The notes beneath the pieces were generated by a model that saw nothing but the letters and a program-made list of their open reading frames with translations, searched no databases and was not told where the DNA came from. DNA of 64,000 nucleotides, from NCBI GenBank assembly GCA_964644035.1, contig CAZXUH010000001.1:131712-195711 (forward strand), in the 5' to 3' direction. The DNA is from an uncultured Candidatus Saccharibacteria bacterium (GTDB lineage Bacteria > Patescibacteriota > Minisyncoccia > Phycocordibacterales > DAORIS01). How positions within the stretch are numbered: the first letter of the stretch is position 1; each line of letters starts with the position of its first letter. Made by a program: the position numbers and the translations under genes. This document shows, piece after piece, positions 46,890 through 57,029 of the stretch.

Positions 46890-48038
46890 ATGGCAAATTA
46901 CCACCACACTATAGTAAAGAATTTTTTATTACTCGTGGTACTTGCTGTTTGTTTCAGCGCCTCTGCTGTTGAAGCTCAACAGGTCAGCCAGGACACATCG
47001 GCTATTTGGCGGGCAAAAGTCATACGAGTAATCGACCAGGAGACAAGACTCGTACCGGGCACTGACACACAGTCCGTGTATCAGACAATCGAAGCAGAAT
47101 TGCTGGATGGAGAAAAAGAAGGACAGGCTATTGTTATTCAAAATGACTTTCTGACTCTGAAAAAAGGCGATAGATTCTTTACACACCATAGTATCGATAT
47201 CAATGGTCAGGAAATGTATGCGGTTCGCGATATCGATCGTAGAGCAGTCATGATGTTTTTTGTCGCATTGTTTGTCGTAGCGATAATCGCTTTTGGAGGT
47301 AAGCAGGGTTTCAGATCGCTTATAAGTCTAGCAGGAAGTTTCTTTGTGATTTTATATGTCCTAGTACCAAGCCTCTTGGCTGGGTACCCGCCGGTGATGA
47401 CAAGTATTACCATTGCTGCAGTTATTCTTTTTCTAGCTATCTATCTTACGCACGGCTTCAATAGGGAATCGCACGTTGCATTCGTTGGTACGGTCTCGGC
47501 CGTCATTCTTACTGGAATATTGGCGTATCTTGGAGTAATGTTTGCTCGATTGAGTGGTTTTGCTTCCGATGAAGCGGTGTATCTCAATTTTAATACCAGA
47601 GGAACGCTAGATTTCACAGGACTTTTGCTTGGAGGAATTATGATCGGCGTTCTTGGTGTACTCGACGATATCGCTGTCACTCAGGCAGCTGTGGTGAGTG
47701 AACTATATGATTCTGCATCGCATTTGGGAAGGAAAGAGGTCTATAAAAAGGCACTTAGAGTAGGCAAGGAGCATGTGGGAGCATTGGTCAACACGCTTGC
47801 ACTGGCATATACCGGTGCATCATTACCACTCTTATTACTTTTTTCCACATCACAATCTTCGCTTGCGAGTATTATCAACCAAGAAGTATTTGCTACAGAA
47901 ATAATCAGAACGATTATTGGTAGTATCGGCCTTATTCTTACGGTGCCTATTACAACTTTATTAGCTGTATATATGCTTAAAGGCTACAAAGGAAAACATA
48001 GTCATTCGCATCACGGACACTCTCATGCGCACCATTAG
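46890..48038 (+). CDS. YibE/F-family membrane protein with His-rich C-terminal tail
   Basis: 382 aa. YibE/F-like multi-TM core. Ends GKHSHSHHGHSHAHH. Divergent from the ZIP transporter gene. Confidence 0.65.
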   Translation: MANYHHTIVKNFLLLVVLAVCFSASAVEAQQVSQDTSAIWRAKVIRVIDQETRLVPGTDTQSVYQTIEAELLDGEKEGQAIVIQNDFLTLKKGDRFFTHHSIDINGQEMYAVRDIDRRAVMMFFVALFVVAIIAFGGKQGFRSLISLAGSFFVILYVLVPSLLAGYPPVMTSITIAAVILFLAIYLTHGFNRESHVAFVGTVSAVILTGILAYLGVMFARLSGFASDEAVYLNFNTRGTLDFTGLLLGGIMIGVLGVLDDIAVTQAAVVSELYDSASHLGRKEVYKKALRVGKEHVGALVNTLALAYTGASLPLLLLFSTSQSSLASIINQEVFATEIIRTIIGSIGLILTVPITTLLAVYMLKGYKGKHSHSHHGHSHAHH

Positions 48039-49735
48039 AAATTGCGATCTTCAGTGCTTGTAGCAATACGAGCCATGTCGCTGACTTCTTTGGTAATTTT
48101 TGGATTACCTATATAAAAGACTTTGCTGACATCTTGAGCAATGATGTTGAGCGTATTACTTACATTGACTGTTGCTCTACCAATATCTGTAGTTCTTACT
48201 TGCGCATCTTTGACGGCAAAACCTGAACCGCTAAAGCGTGAGACGTCTTCTGTTTCCAATTTAAGAGTATCGGAAGTACCAGTAATAGCTAAGCGGGAAT
48301 TGTCTCTTAGGTTTATTGTAGCATCAGATGTTTCGAGTTCTATATTTACCGATGATACATCTCCGAGTATGAGAGCTATTTTGTCCGAAGTAATTTTGTC
48401 AGCAGTGAGACGTACAATATCATTGGTTTCTATGTATTCGATCTCTGGCATATTGATTGTCACTTCGACACCATTGCCACCGAGGCAGAAGAAGCACATT
48501 TTACCGCGAGGCTTGTCAGACATAATTAGTCTTCCATTTTCAACCTTAAATTCTGAGCGATCAATATCAGTTTGTCGTCCTTCTTCAACAATAGAAAATT
48601 CATCTGCTTGCACCAAATGAACTTTGCTTATACCGTTAAGTTCAAGTTCAGTAAAATCAGCCAATTCTATATTTCTTGTTACTACTTGATATTCGGGTAA
48701 TGCAGAAATTTCTTCATGTATTCGTGGTACTACTCGTACCGAAAGTGTGCCTATAACAATGACCGCCAATATCCATATACCAGCGAGTGATATCGTCTGC
48801 ACAGCGTGGAATCTGTTTTTCCATGTCACGAGGGATAGACCAATCATATTTATAAACATGAATGGAATACCAATGATAAGTACAGCGAGGCCAATGAGTG
48901 TGTAGTAGAGTGGTCCGCTGGCTACCTGAGCTAGAGGGAATTCAATATAAGGTGAATGGACATTGAAGATAAGGTTAACAGCTGTAAAGACGAGCATGAT
49001 AATCGCAAGCATAGGAATAATCGTGAGAACTACTCCTATAAGCATTACTACTATTTTTGCGCATATTCTGACGATAGTGCCGATGAGGCGAATTACTTTA
49101 TCAAGAAAATTGCGCAAGCCACCACCTCTCGAAATAATTTCCTTACCACTTTTTTTCATCGTCTCAAGATGTTCGCTCATATCTTCTTTGAAGGTATTGA
49201 GGGTGATAGGTCCGCCGCGCATATTCATCTTGTCCGCTGCTGTCTCAGCTTTTGGCACAAAGACTGCCAATGCTATATAAATGAAGATTGCACCGCCGCT
49301 GGTAATGAAGGCAAATACGATAAATAGGATACGCACAATAAGAGGATCGATATTGAAGAATGCCGCAATACCCGAAGCAACGCCGGCAATAACCATGTCA
49401 TCGGGATTTCTGAAGAGTCGGCGCGAAGAACGTGTTTTGCCTGCAGTTTCTTTTTGCTTTTCTTCGTGAGTTTCATTGTCGATCTCTTCGACGCTGCCCA
49501 TGACTGAAATAACCTTTTCAACATCGGAAAGGGTGATGATATTGTTCTTATCCTTAATACTTTCACTCAATTGCTCTGCAATGCGAGCTTCGATGTCGGC
49601 AATGATGTCTCTACTGTCGGAAAGAGGACCGAAGTATGTCTGAATGGAAGCAAGATATGCCTGCAGTTTCTGATACGCATCCTCCTCGATGGTGAACAGA
49701 CTACCGGCTATTGTTATTTGTAATGCTTTTTTCAT
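48035..49735 (-). CDS. PspC-domain membrane protein with large C-terminal DUF4097-like (putative adhesin/toast-rack) region
   Basis: 566 aa. PspC motif DDMVIAGVASGIAAFFNIDPLIVRILFIVFAFITSGGAIFIYIALAVFVP, multiple TM helices, and a C-terminal beta-rich repeat region. Confidence 0.6.
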   Translation of the reverse strand: MKKALQITIAGSLFTIEEDAYQKLQAYLASIQTYFGPLSDSRDIIADIEARIAEQLSESIKDKNNIITLSDVEKVISVMGSVEEIDNETHEEKQKETAGKTRSSRRLFRNPDDMVIAGVASGIAAFFNIDPLIVRILFIVFAFITSGGAIFIYIALAVFVPKAETAADKMNMRGGPITLNTFKEDMSEHLETMKKSGKEIISRGGGLRNFLDKVIRLIGTIVRICAKIVVMLIGVVLTIIPMLAIIMLVFTAVNLIFNVHSPYIEFPLAQVASGPLYYTLIGLAVLIIGIPFMFINMIGLSLVTWKNRFHAVQTISLAGIWILAVIVIGTLSVRVVPRIHEEISALPEYQVVTRNIELADFTELELNGISKVHLVQADEFSIVEEGRQTDIDRSEFKVENGRLIMSDKPRGKMCFFCLGGNGVEVTINMPEIEYIETNDIVRLTADKITSDKIALILGDVSSVNIELETSDATINLRDNSRLAITGTSDTLKLETEDVSRFSGSGFAVKDAQVRTTDIGRATVNVSNTLNIIAQDVSKVFYIGNPKITKEVSDMARIATSTEDRNF

Positions 49736-49736
49736 A

Positions 49737-50090
49737 TTATTTGCTTAGTGAGTTGATCGATGTTGATAATGTTTTCCATGTTGTCTTGAGTTCTTTGAGG
49801 ACGTCCTTGCCCTTGTCGGTCAGAGTATAATATTTTCGTGGTGGACCTGACTTAGACTCTTCCCAGCTATGATCGAGGAATCCTAGTGTGCGCAGTCGGC
49901 TGAGGAGAGGGTAGAGAGTACCTTCGACGACAAGTAGATCAGCAGTTTTAAGTTCAGTTAAAATTTCTGATGCATACACTCTGTCACGTGAAATAACGAG
50001 TAAAATGCAAAATTCTAATATTCCTTTGCGCATCTGGGCTTTTGTATTTTCGAGCAATGATTCTTTGTCCATAACAAGAGTATATACCAT
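49737..50090 (-). CDS. PadR-family transcriptional regulator
   Basis: 117 aa. Winged-helix ILEFCILLVISRDRVYASEILTEL...GTLYPLLSRLRTLGFL. Confidence 0.8.
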   Translation of the reverse strand: MVYTLVMDKESLLENTKAQMRKGILEFCILLVISRDRVYASEILTELKTADLLVVEGTLYPLLSRLRTLGFLDHSWEESKSGPPRKYYTLTDKGKDVLKELKTTWKTLSTSINSLSK

Positions 50091-50141
50091 AGTACCTTGT
50101 ACTGCAAGGTACTATGTGAATAACTCTAAAGTAGGCTTTTA

Positions 50142-51566
50142 TTGAGGGTTATTTCAGGCATTATTGGAGCATGCTATAGTATTTGTATGAATCAGAATCT
50201 CTCGCCGTGGATCAAGCAGCTTTCGAGAACTCGTGATGTCCACAAGCTTTCAGAAAATCTAAAAACCGATGTGGTAGTCGTCGGTGGCGGCATAGCCGGC
50301 ATTACCAGTGCATATTTTATACTCAAATATACTGATAAAAAGGTGGTGCTCATCGAAGCAAGCAAAGTCGCTCACGGTGCTACTGGTCACAATGCTGGTC
50401 AGCTCACAAGCTACTTTGAACGTCAGATCAGTGATCTTGTCGATGAATTTGGTCTTGAGCTTACCGCTCAGGCTCAGTCTTCTATAGACTCGGCGTGGAT
50501 GCTTCTTGAAGAAATCTATCGTGATGCTAAGCTTCAGACGCCATTTTCACAGTTTACCGGCTATGCAGGATGCTCTGATCTTGAAGAATTGCTCGTACAT
50601 CTCAAAAATAGTGCATATTGTGTCGAAGCCAATATCAACACTGAGCCGGTTATGGTTGCCAAAGAGTCGGAAATAGCAAAGCAAATACCCAAACACTATG
50701 ATGGCTTGTACAATCTCTTGCCTCACAAGGACATCATGTCGCTACTTGAGACCGATGATCCTCACTATGTGGCCGCACTCTCTGCTCGCAAAGGTTGTAT
50801 GAACAGTGCACTCTTTAGTGAAGAACTAGCAAAGCATATGTTGGCCGACTATGCAGACAGATTTACGCTTCTTGAGGAAAGTCCTATGCAAGAATTGGCT
50901 CTGACGCAAGGCAGTGCTATAGCCAAAGTCGGACAGTATCAGGTAGTAGCAGATAGAGCAGTGCTTTGCACCAATGGTTTTGAAAAATTTAAAATAAGCA
51001 ATGGTGAAGACGACATTGATACGCGTTTCCATCATTTGGTAAAAGGTTCGGTTGGGTATATGGCCGGCTATCTCGAAGCACGAGACAAACCACCGACAGC
51101 GATTAGCTATCTTCCAAATAAAAATAAACTGACAAAAGAAGCATATGATGCTGATCCGTATTTTTATATTACACGCAGGCCTTTTGAGATCGAGGCCAAT
51201 GAATCCCACAACCTTATTTGTGTTGGGGGACCAGAAGTCTTGATGGACGATACCAATAACTATTCCAAAGATCATTTATTCCCAGCTGAGGCTCAAGAAT
51301 CGATCGATACGTTTCTGCATAAGTCATACAAATATGCTCCGAAAGGCAAGATAGATTATCGTTTCCAGTGGCATGGCTTGATTGGCTATACGCCAAACGG
51401 CGTGCGTTGTATTGGTGCTGAGCCACACAATACAGCTTTGATTTACAATCTTGGTTGCAATGGTGTCGGTATCCTTCCTTCTATATATGGAAGCAAAAGG
51501 ATTTCGCAGATACTGGCCGGCGAGGATCTTGGACCTTCTATTTTTGATCCCAAGAAAAGTAATTAG
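50142..51566 (+). CDS. FAD-dependent oxidoreductase (DadA/glycine oxidase-like)
   Basis: 474 aa. Dinucleotide fold DVVVVGGGIAGITSAYFIL. The true start may be the internal Met at about 50187. Confidence 0.7.
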   Translation: MRVISGIIGACYSICMNQNLSPWIKQLSRTRDVHKLSENLKTDVVVVGGGIAGITSAYFILKYTDKKVVLIEASKVAHGATGHNAGQLTSYFERQISDLVDEFGLELTAQAQSSIDSAWMLLEEIYRDAKLQTPFSQFTGYAGCSDLEELLVHLKNSAYCVEANINTEPVMVAKESEIAKQIPKHYDGLYNLLPHKDIMSLLETDDPHYVAALSARKGCMNSALFSEELAKHMLADYADRFTLLEESPMQELALTQGSAIAKVGQYQVVADRAVLCTNGFEKFKISNGEDDIDTRFHHLVKGSVGYMAGYLEARDKPPTAISYLPNKNKLTKEAYDADPYFYITRRPFEIEANESHNLICVGGPEVLMDDTNNYSKDHLFPAEAQESIDTFLHKSYKYAPKGKIDYRFQWHGLIGYTPNGVRCIGAEPHNTALIYNLGCNGVGILPSIYGSKRISQILAGEDLGPSIFDPKKSN

Positions 51567-51630
51567 AAGAGTAGTGAGAAGAGTAATCAATTCTTTTACA
51601 TAATAAATAAGTCTGTTAGTATCTATTTAT

Positions 51631-52560
51631 ATGGGGCTTTTTATGCACAATCTTTTTGACACAATCACACTGGCTTTGGAAAAAGTATTTGTCACACCGT
51701 TTGAACTATCAATGGTGGGTTTAAAAGATGTGATTGATATTTTGATTGTGTCACTTCTTATTTATCTTGTATTCATTTTCATCAAGCAGACACGCTCGTA
51801 TTTTATTTTCAATTCATTTCTGTTTTTACTGGCCATCATTTATTTTTCAAAAGGTTTTGATCTTTCGCTTACACGAAGACTTTTCCAGCCACTACTCACA
51901 TTCTTCATTGTTATTTTCGTAGTTGTCTTTCAAAGGGAAATCAGGAGATTTTTTGATTGGTTCTCTATCGGTAGTACCAATATGACGCTATTTCGCAATA
52001 TCACTCTCTCAAGTGAAGTTTCCAGCTCTATCGTGACAGCGGTCGAGACAATGGCTAAGGAGAAAACAGGTGCGATTATTGTCATACCAGGTGAATATCC
52101 TCTCGATGATTTTATGGAAGGAGGTTTTCCACTCAATGGCGAAGTGACATCGACACTTCTTTTGTCTATCTTCGACACTGGTTCACCAGGACACGATGGC
52201 GCAGTGGTGATTCAGGACAACCGTATCAAGATGTTCGGTCTTCACCTACCTTTGGCAGAAAATTATAAGCGATATGGTGAATTTGGCACACGACATAGAG
52301 CGGCAGCTGGTATTACTGAGCATTCCGATGCTATGGCAATTGTCGTATCAGAAGAGCGAGGAAGTATTTCTGTCGCTGAACATGGAGTGTTGACACATAT
52401 TCTCGACACTGAAGATCTTCATGACAAGGTCAGGGTCTTTCTCAAAGAAAATATGATTGAAACACAGCGGGGAGTGTGGCATTACTTTTTCTTTAAAAAT
52501 TTCCTAGCCAAAATATCTTCGGTAGTAATTGCCAGCATCCTCTGGCTTCTCTTTGCCTAG
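51631..52560 (+). CDS. cdaA: Diadenylate cyclase CdaA (c-di-AMP synthase), membrane-anchored
   Basis: 309 aa. 3 N-terminal TM helices. DAC domain motifs GAIIV, DGAVVI, TRHRAAAGI. Confidence 0.8.
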   Translation: MGLFMHNLFDTITLALEKVFVTPFELSMVGLKDVIDILIVSLLIYLVFIFIKQTRSYFIFNSFLFLLAIIYFSKGFDLSLTRRLFQPLLTFFIVIFVVVFQREIRRFFDWFSIGSTNMTLFRNITLSSEVSSSIVTAVETMAKEKTGAIIVIPGEYPLDDFMEGGFPLNGEVTSTLLLSIFDTGSPGHDGAVVIQDNRIKMFGLHLPLAENYKRYGEFGTRHRAAAGITEHSDAMAIVVSEERGSISVAEHGVLTHILDTEDLHDKVRVFLKENMIETQRGVWHYFFFKNFLAKISSVVIASILWLLFA

Positions 52561-52605
52561 TTTGAAATAAATAATGCCAATAAAGTGTAATAACACTATA
52601 CACTC

Positions 52606-53178
52606 ATGAATGCCGCTCCTACCCAGCCAACGGATGAGGAATTGGTCGTTTTGATACAAAAAGGGGACAAAGAAAAGTTCGGTATTCTCATGGAGAGATA
52701 CGAGCAAAAGCTCTTTAGATATGGAAGGAAATTCTTGTCCAATGTCGACAATATCGAGGATATGGTTCAGGAAGTATTTATAAAAACATATGAAAGCATA
52801 CAAAGCTTTGATACGACAAAGAAGTTTTCTCCTTGGATTTATCGTATTGCTCACAATACCTTCGTCAATGCATTGAAGAAAAATATTCGCAATCCTCTCT
52901 ATCTATTTGATTTCGATACTCTTATTCCTCATCCTGCTTATGACGATCCGGCTGCAGCCGAACGTGAGCAAAAAGAAATGAGAGTCCTTATCGATCGGGG
53001 GTTGGAGAAGATAAAACCAGAACAGCGTGAAATCTTGGTCCTGAATTTTCTCGAAGATCTGAGTTACAAGGAAATCGCCGAAGTGCTTCGTATACCGATC
53101 GGCACGGTCGGAGTGCGTATCCGGCGAGCCAAGGAAGCACTCAAAAAGGTCTACGACGAAGTACCACACAATATATGA
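52606..53178 (+). CDS. ECF-type RNA polymerase sigma factor (sigma-70 regions 2 and 4)
   Basis: 190 aa. Region 2 (FGILMERYEQKLFRYGRKFL...VQEVFIKTYE) and region 4 (EQREILVLNFLEDLSYKEIAEVLRIPIGTVGVRIRRA). Confidence 0.85.
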   Translation: MNAAPTQPTDEELVVLIQKGDKEKFGILMERYEQKLFRYGRKFLSNVDNIEDMVQEVFIKTYESIQSFDTTKKFSPWIYRIAHNTFVNALKKNIRNPLYLFDFDTLIPHPAYDDPAAAEREQKEMRVLIDRGLEKIKPEQREILVLNFLEDLSYKEIAEVLRIPIGTVGVRIRRAKEALKKVYDEVPHNI

Positions 53179-53900
53179 ACGAAACTCACTCACAATTCAA
53201 TACACTCAGAGACAAGATTCTTAAAAAAATAGAATCGGGTGAAGTACGCATGACTTCTAAGACCTATTTCATGCTTCGAGTAGCTCTTCTTATTGCTGTG
53301 CTATTTCTTATCATAGCCATATCAAGTTTTGTTGTCAGTTATATATTGTTTGCCATACACGTAAGCGGCAAGCTATTGCTTTTGGGTTTTGGTCTTCAGG
53401 GTATATTGGTATTTCTTTCTACTTTCCCTTGGGGTTTTCTGCTCATCGATATTATTCTTCTCTTTGTACTCGAATGGTTGCTCAGATATTTCAGATTTTG
53501 TTATGGTCGACCGCTTTTGTATCTTGCTCTAGGTATTTTTTCAGTCACGTCTATTGCGGGAGCAGGAATCTATGCCACATCGATTCATGATAGTCTCTTT
53601 ATGCAGGCGAGGGATAAGAAATTGCCAGTTATCGGAGGAATGTATAGCGGTCTTCAGAAAACATCACATGAAAATGGGCTATTTAGGGGCGTAGTTGTCG
53701 AAATAGAAGGTAATACCATAGTAATGAAGGATTTTGACCACGATACGCCAGAAAACGCCCTCTTTCTTGTTACTGTCTCACCAGATATGGCCAATGTCAT
53801 ACAGATCGGAGATGTTGTATTTGTAGCTGGTACTATAAATAAGGACAAAATCACCGCTTTTGGTCTGAAAAAAACTACACCATACTTTCAGGGAAATTAG
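53175..53900 (+). CDS. Putative anti-sigma factor / membrane protein co-transcribed with the ECF sigma
   Basis: 241 aa. Cytoplasmic N-terminus, multiple TM helices, extracytoplasmic C-terminal domain. Start overlaps the sigma stop (ATGA). Confidence 0.4.
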   Translation: MNETHSQFNTLRDKILKKIESGEVRMTSKTYFMLRVALLIAVLFLIIAISSFVVSYILFAIHVSGKLLLLGFGLQGILVFLSTFPWGFLLIDIILLFVLEWLLRYFRFCYGRPLLYLALGIFSVTSIAGAGIYATSIHDSLFMQARDKKLPVIGGMYSGLQKTSHENGLFRGVVVEIEGNTIVMKDFDHDTPENALFLVTVSPDMANVIQIGDVVFVAGTINKDKITAFGLKKTTPYFQGN

Positions 53901-53968
53901 TGTAATAATCCATATCTGGCTATGTATTAAATATATGTAGGGTTTGTCAGTTAACACCAACATATATC

Positions 53969-54457
53969 ATGAGAAAAAAATTATTTGCCACCGGCGGTAT
54001 CGTAGCTTCGATATTTCTTGGCGCTAGCGTCACCTTTACCCATGCAAAATCCATTGCTCTTGAGGGCAAGGGTCATTCGCAGAAGACATATAGACAGCTT
54101 TTCGATGACCATGGCGTCAGTCGAGACCAGATAGAGGACATTTTTGGCAATGCCAAAATTCACGGTCTCAAGAAAAATGCGACAACAACAAAATACATAC
54201 GAACCAAAGCACCTTCAATCCTTGTCGACGTACAAGCGAGGGCTCTAGGGCTTACTATCGATCAGCTTAAGAAAAATCTTCAAAGTGGTCAGAAACTTCC
54301 AGATATCATCAAGGCTCAAGGCTTGACCGAAGAGCAATATCACCAAAACTTGATCATCGATTTGAAAGAATTGATAAACAAAGGAGACTTAAGTGGGGAA
54401 TTGGCGACACGATACACAAAGATGATAAAGAAACTCGAAGGCAAACTAGTAAAATAA
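53969..54457 (+). CDS. Secreted hypothetical protein
   Basis: 162 aa. Signal peptide MRKKLFATGGIVASIFLGASVTFTHA. Confidence 0.45.
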   Translation: MRKKLFATGGIVASIFLGASVTFTHAKSIALEGKGHSQKTYRQLFDDHGVSRDQIEDIFGNAKIHGLKKNATTTKYIRTKAPSILVDVQARALGLTIDQLKKNLQSGQKLPDIIKAQGLTEEQYHQNLIIDLKELINKGDLSGELATRYTKMIKKLEGKLVK

Positions 54458-54495
54458 GGTTATTCACAGCTGTTTTCTTAGACCTTTGATATACT

Positions 54496-54948
54496 GTGGG
54501 TATGAATATACATACTCTAGATCGGAAGGTGATCAATTTCTCAAGGAAAATAGCCGAGCCAGCAGGTAGAATATCGTTATTTATCGTTTATTTTTGGTTT
54601 GGCATTCTCAAAATCTTGGACCTAAGTCCTGCCAGTCCACTTGTGCAAAGTCTTTTTGAAAAGACAATGGGTGGCATGATGTCGTTTGAAACATTCCTCA
54701 CACTCTTTGGTGTATTTGAAATGCTCATCGGTGTCATGTTCTTGGTCAAAGGTTTTGAGAGAATTGCTCTTATTTTCTTGTCAGTGCATATGATTACGAC
54801 ATTTATGCCACTTATCATGGTGCCAACAGCAACTTGGACAGGATTTATGACACCAACGCTCGAAGGTCAATATATTATTAAAAACTCGCTTATTATTGCT
54901 GTGGCTTTGTATATAGCTGGCAATTTGAGGCCACTTGCATCAAAGTAA
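54496..54948 (+). CDS. Small membrane protein (DUF417/YkgB-like)
   Basis: 150 aa with 4 TM helices. RISLFIVYFWFGILKI resembles the YkgB family (weak). Confidence 0.4.
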   Translation: MGMNIHTLDRKVINFSRKIAEPAGRISLFIVYFWFGILKILDLSPASPLVQSLFEKTMGGMMSFETFLTLFGVFEMLIGVMFLVKGFERIALIFLSVHMITTFMPLIMVPTATWTGFMTPTLEGQYIIKNSLIIAVALYIAGNLRPLASK

Positions 54949-54968
54949 GCTTGTTGTAATGTACATAT

Positions 54969-55208
54969 ATGAATCAACCAAAACGTCTCTATAGATCAAG
55001 CACAGACAAGGTGATTGCTGGAGTTATTGGCGGTATTGCTGAGTACTTCAATATAGACTCAACACTCCTAAGACTTGGTGTTGTGTTCGCATTTCTCATC
55101 ACCGGAGTCTTTCCTGGAGTTATTTTCTACATTATTGCGGCATTTATGGTTCCTACCAAGGACGATCATATTCGCGATATTCCAGTTCAGGATAAACCTG
55201 TTCAGTAG
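54969..55208 (+). CDS. PspC-domain small membrane protein
   Basis: 79 aa. [58 protein letters not shown] is a canonical PspC domain. Confidence 0.7.
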   Translation: MNQPKRLYRSSTDKVIAGVIGGIAEYFNIDSTLLRLGVVFAFLITGVFPGVIFYIIAAFMVPTKDDHIRDIPVQDKPVQ

Positions 55209-55301
55209 ACGTCACTATTTAGAGAGTTGTATTTTAATATAAAAGGAATAGTATTTATTCTGGGTTTTTTGTAATTGGTACTTTTTCGAAAGGAGTCTGA
55301 T

Positions 55302-55982
55302 ATGAAGGTTGCGAAGCTTGTAGAATATCCGATTCTCTACGCTCCAGGTACAGAGGTGGAAGAATTGACCATTGATCATGAAGGCACTCAATATGACAGG
55401 AGATTGGTCATCGTCGATATGCGCAATATCGCAGTCGTTCCGGAGGTTTGTCCCAAGATTGAAAGACTTCGACTTGCGCGTAAGAATGGATCGATATCTA
55501 TCCGTTCTGAAGTAGGGAATCTTCCCGAGTGCAGAATCGAGATGAAAATGCCTGTGAGTCACGGCATTTGTGTTGAGATTTCTATCGCTGAGAAACTAGT
55601 CAAAGGATACGACATGGGCACATCAGTGGCAGAGTGGTTTAGCGATGCTCTCAAGCTGAGCTGCAGAGTGATTTCGGTCTTTCCTCATCTGATCGATTCG
55701 CCTCGAAAGGGGAATATACGTATAGTGACAGCAAGTCTTCTAAGGGACGTTGACGAAGGCTGGCTCAGAAACAATCCGCAATATCGCTATCCTGCAGTTC
55801 GGCCTCATATCGTAATCGATGGCCTGCCTCCAGCACTCGAAGTAGAATGGCGATCTTTCTTTATCTGCGGGGCAAATCTTACAATTGCCGAACATCTGCC
55901 CGAAAGGGTAATGCACACCATCATCAAGGGTTCACGTATGCCGACGATCATCAGAAAAGACGACACCGTCCATTTGGAATAA
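55302..55982 (+). CDS. MOSC domain protein (MOSC_N beta-barrel plus MOSC)
   Basis: ORF from 55275. The internal Met MKVAKLVEYPILYAPG...DRRLVIVD...RPHIVIDG fits the YcbX-like MOSC architecture. Terminator hairpin downstream (~55992-56026). Confidence 0.55.
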   Translation: MKVAKLVEYPILYAPGTEVEELTIDHEGTQYDRRLVIVDMRNIAVVPEVCPKIERLRLARKNGSISIRSEVGNLPECRIEMKMPVSHGICVEISIAEKLVKGYDMGTSVAEWFSDALKLSCRVISVFPHLIDSPRKGNIRIVTASLLRDVDEGWLRNNPQYRYPAVRPHIVIDGLPPALEVEWRSFFICGANLTIAEHLPERVMHTIIKGSRMPTIIRKDDTVHLE

Positions 55983-56252
55983 AATGTGTATAGCACCTCT
56001 TTGCTTTTTTGGAGAGGTGTTTTTTTATTTGTCTTTTTAGGGTTTTTATTATAGTAGTAATGTATGACCGGCAAACGAGCACTATTCTTACTTCTTGCAC
56101 CCATCTATATACCGATGGCTTTTTTGATGCATTTTACATTTGAATGGTGGTCAAAGCTCTGGGACTAGTTTCTCTTGCATCATATAGCGTATATGCTATC
56201 TTTTTACGGGGTTCTTTCTATATTCCTATAACTCTTTTTCACGGAGGTATGC

Positions 56253-56900
56253 GTGAAGGTTCCTAAGGATAGAGCGGTGGTGGTCGGCTTTCAAGGTCGT
56301 CAGGGCTGCGGCAAAGGAACGCAGGCTGTTGAGTTCATGAAGAAAATGATCGCTGATGGAGTAGATGTTACTCGTCTCGACATGGGTCATCATTTCCGGG
56401 AGGTCAAGGAAGATTCGGCGTTTTACGATCGGATACATCCTCATATCGTTCGGGGCACTCTCGTGCCCGATGAAGTCACTGTCGGGTTCTTTCAGGAGGT
56501 TGTGGGACAACCGGTTCTTGGACACTGTTATATCAATGATGGCTATCCAAGAAACCGTGTTCAGGCAGAGTCGTTCTGCTCGCATTTTCTGGAGAATTCT
56601 CCAGTTCCTTGCTCGGTGGCTATCGTGCACATCGATTTGGAACGACAGAGATGCATCGATCGCCTGACTGAGCGCGCCAAAAAGCAAAATCGGCCTGACG
56701 ATGCCGATCCTGTCATCATCAACAATCGTCTCGATCTTTACGAGGAATTATTTGGAGAAATCCAAAAAGTATTCCAGGAATACGATGTGCCGGTGATCCG
56801 GGTTCACGGCGACAGGACTCAGACCGAGGTTCTTCACGCGGTCATTTCCGGCCTTCGGGATGTCTGGTGGAAGGAATCAAAAGTAATGTGCAGAGTCTGA
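56253..56900 (+). CDS. Adenylate kinase-like nucleoside monophosphate kinase, GC-rich, GTG start
   Basis: 215 aa. GFQGRQGCGKGTQA (P-loop), DGYPR, RPDDAD motifs of the Adk family. GGAGG RBS 5 nt before the GTG. Local GC about 50%+ versus ~40% for the genome. Terminator hairpin 56915-56943. Confidence 0.55.
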   Translation: MKVPKDRAVVVGFQGRQGCGKGTQAVEFMKKMIADGVDVTRLDMGHHFREVKEDSAFYDRIHPHIVRGTLVPDEVTVGFFQEVVGQPVLGHCYINDGYPRNRVQAESFCSHFLENSPVPCSVAIVHIDLERQRCIDRLTERAKKQNRPDDADPVIINNRLDLYEELFGEIQKVFQEYDVPVIRVHGDRTQTEVLHAVISGLRDVWWKESKVMCRV

Positions 56901-57029
56901 CGAGCATACGTAAAACCGGTCCATGGGGACCGGTCTTTTTTTATTTCAATTTAGAAAATTTTTATTTTTATTAACAAATTATTAAACAACTTTGCTAGCA
57001 TTAAAATATTGCTGGGATATAATGTATAC

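Noticed and set aside
56226-56687. 153-aa minus-strand ORF opposite the adenylate-kinase-like gene
   Set aside because: The plus-strand ORF has kinase motifs, an SD plus GTG start and flanking terminators. The antisense ORF is an artefact of the GC-rich stretch.
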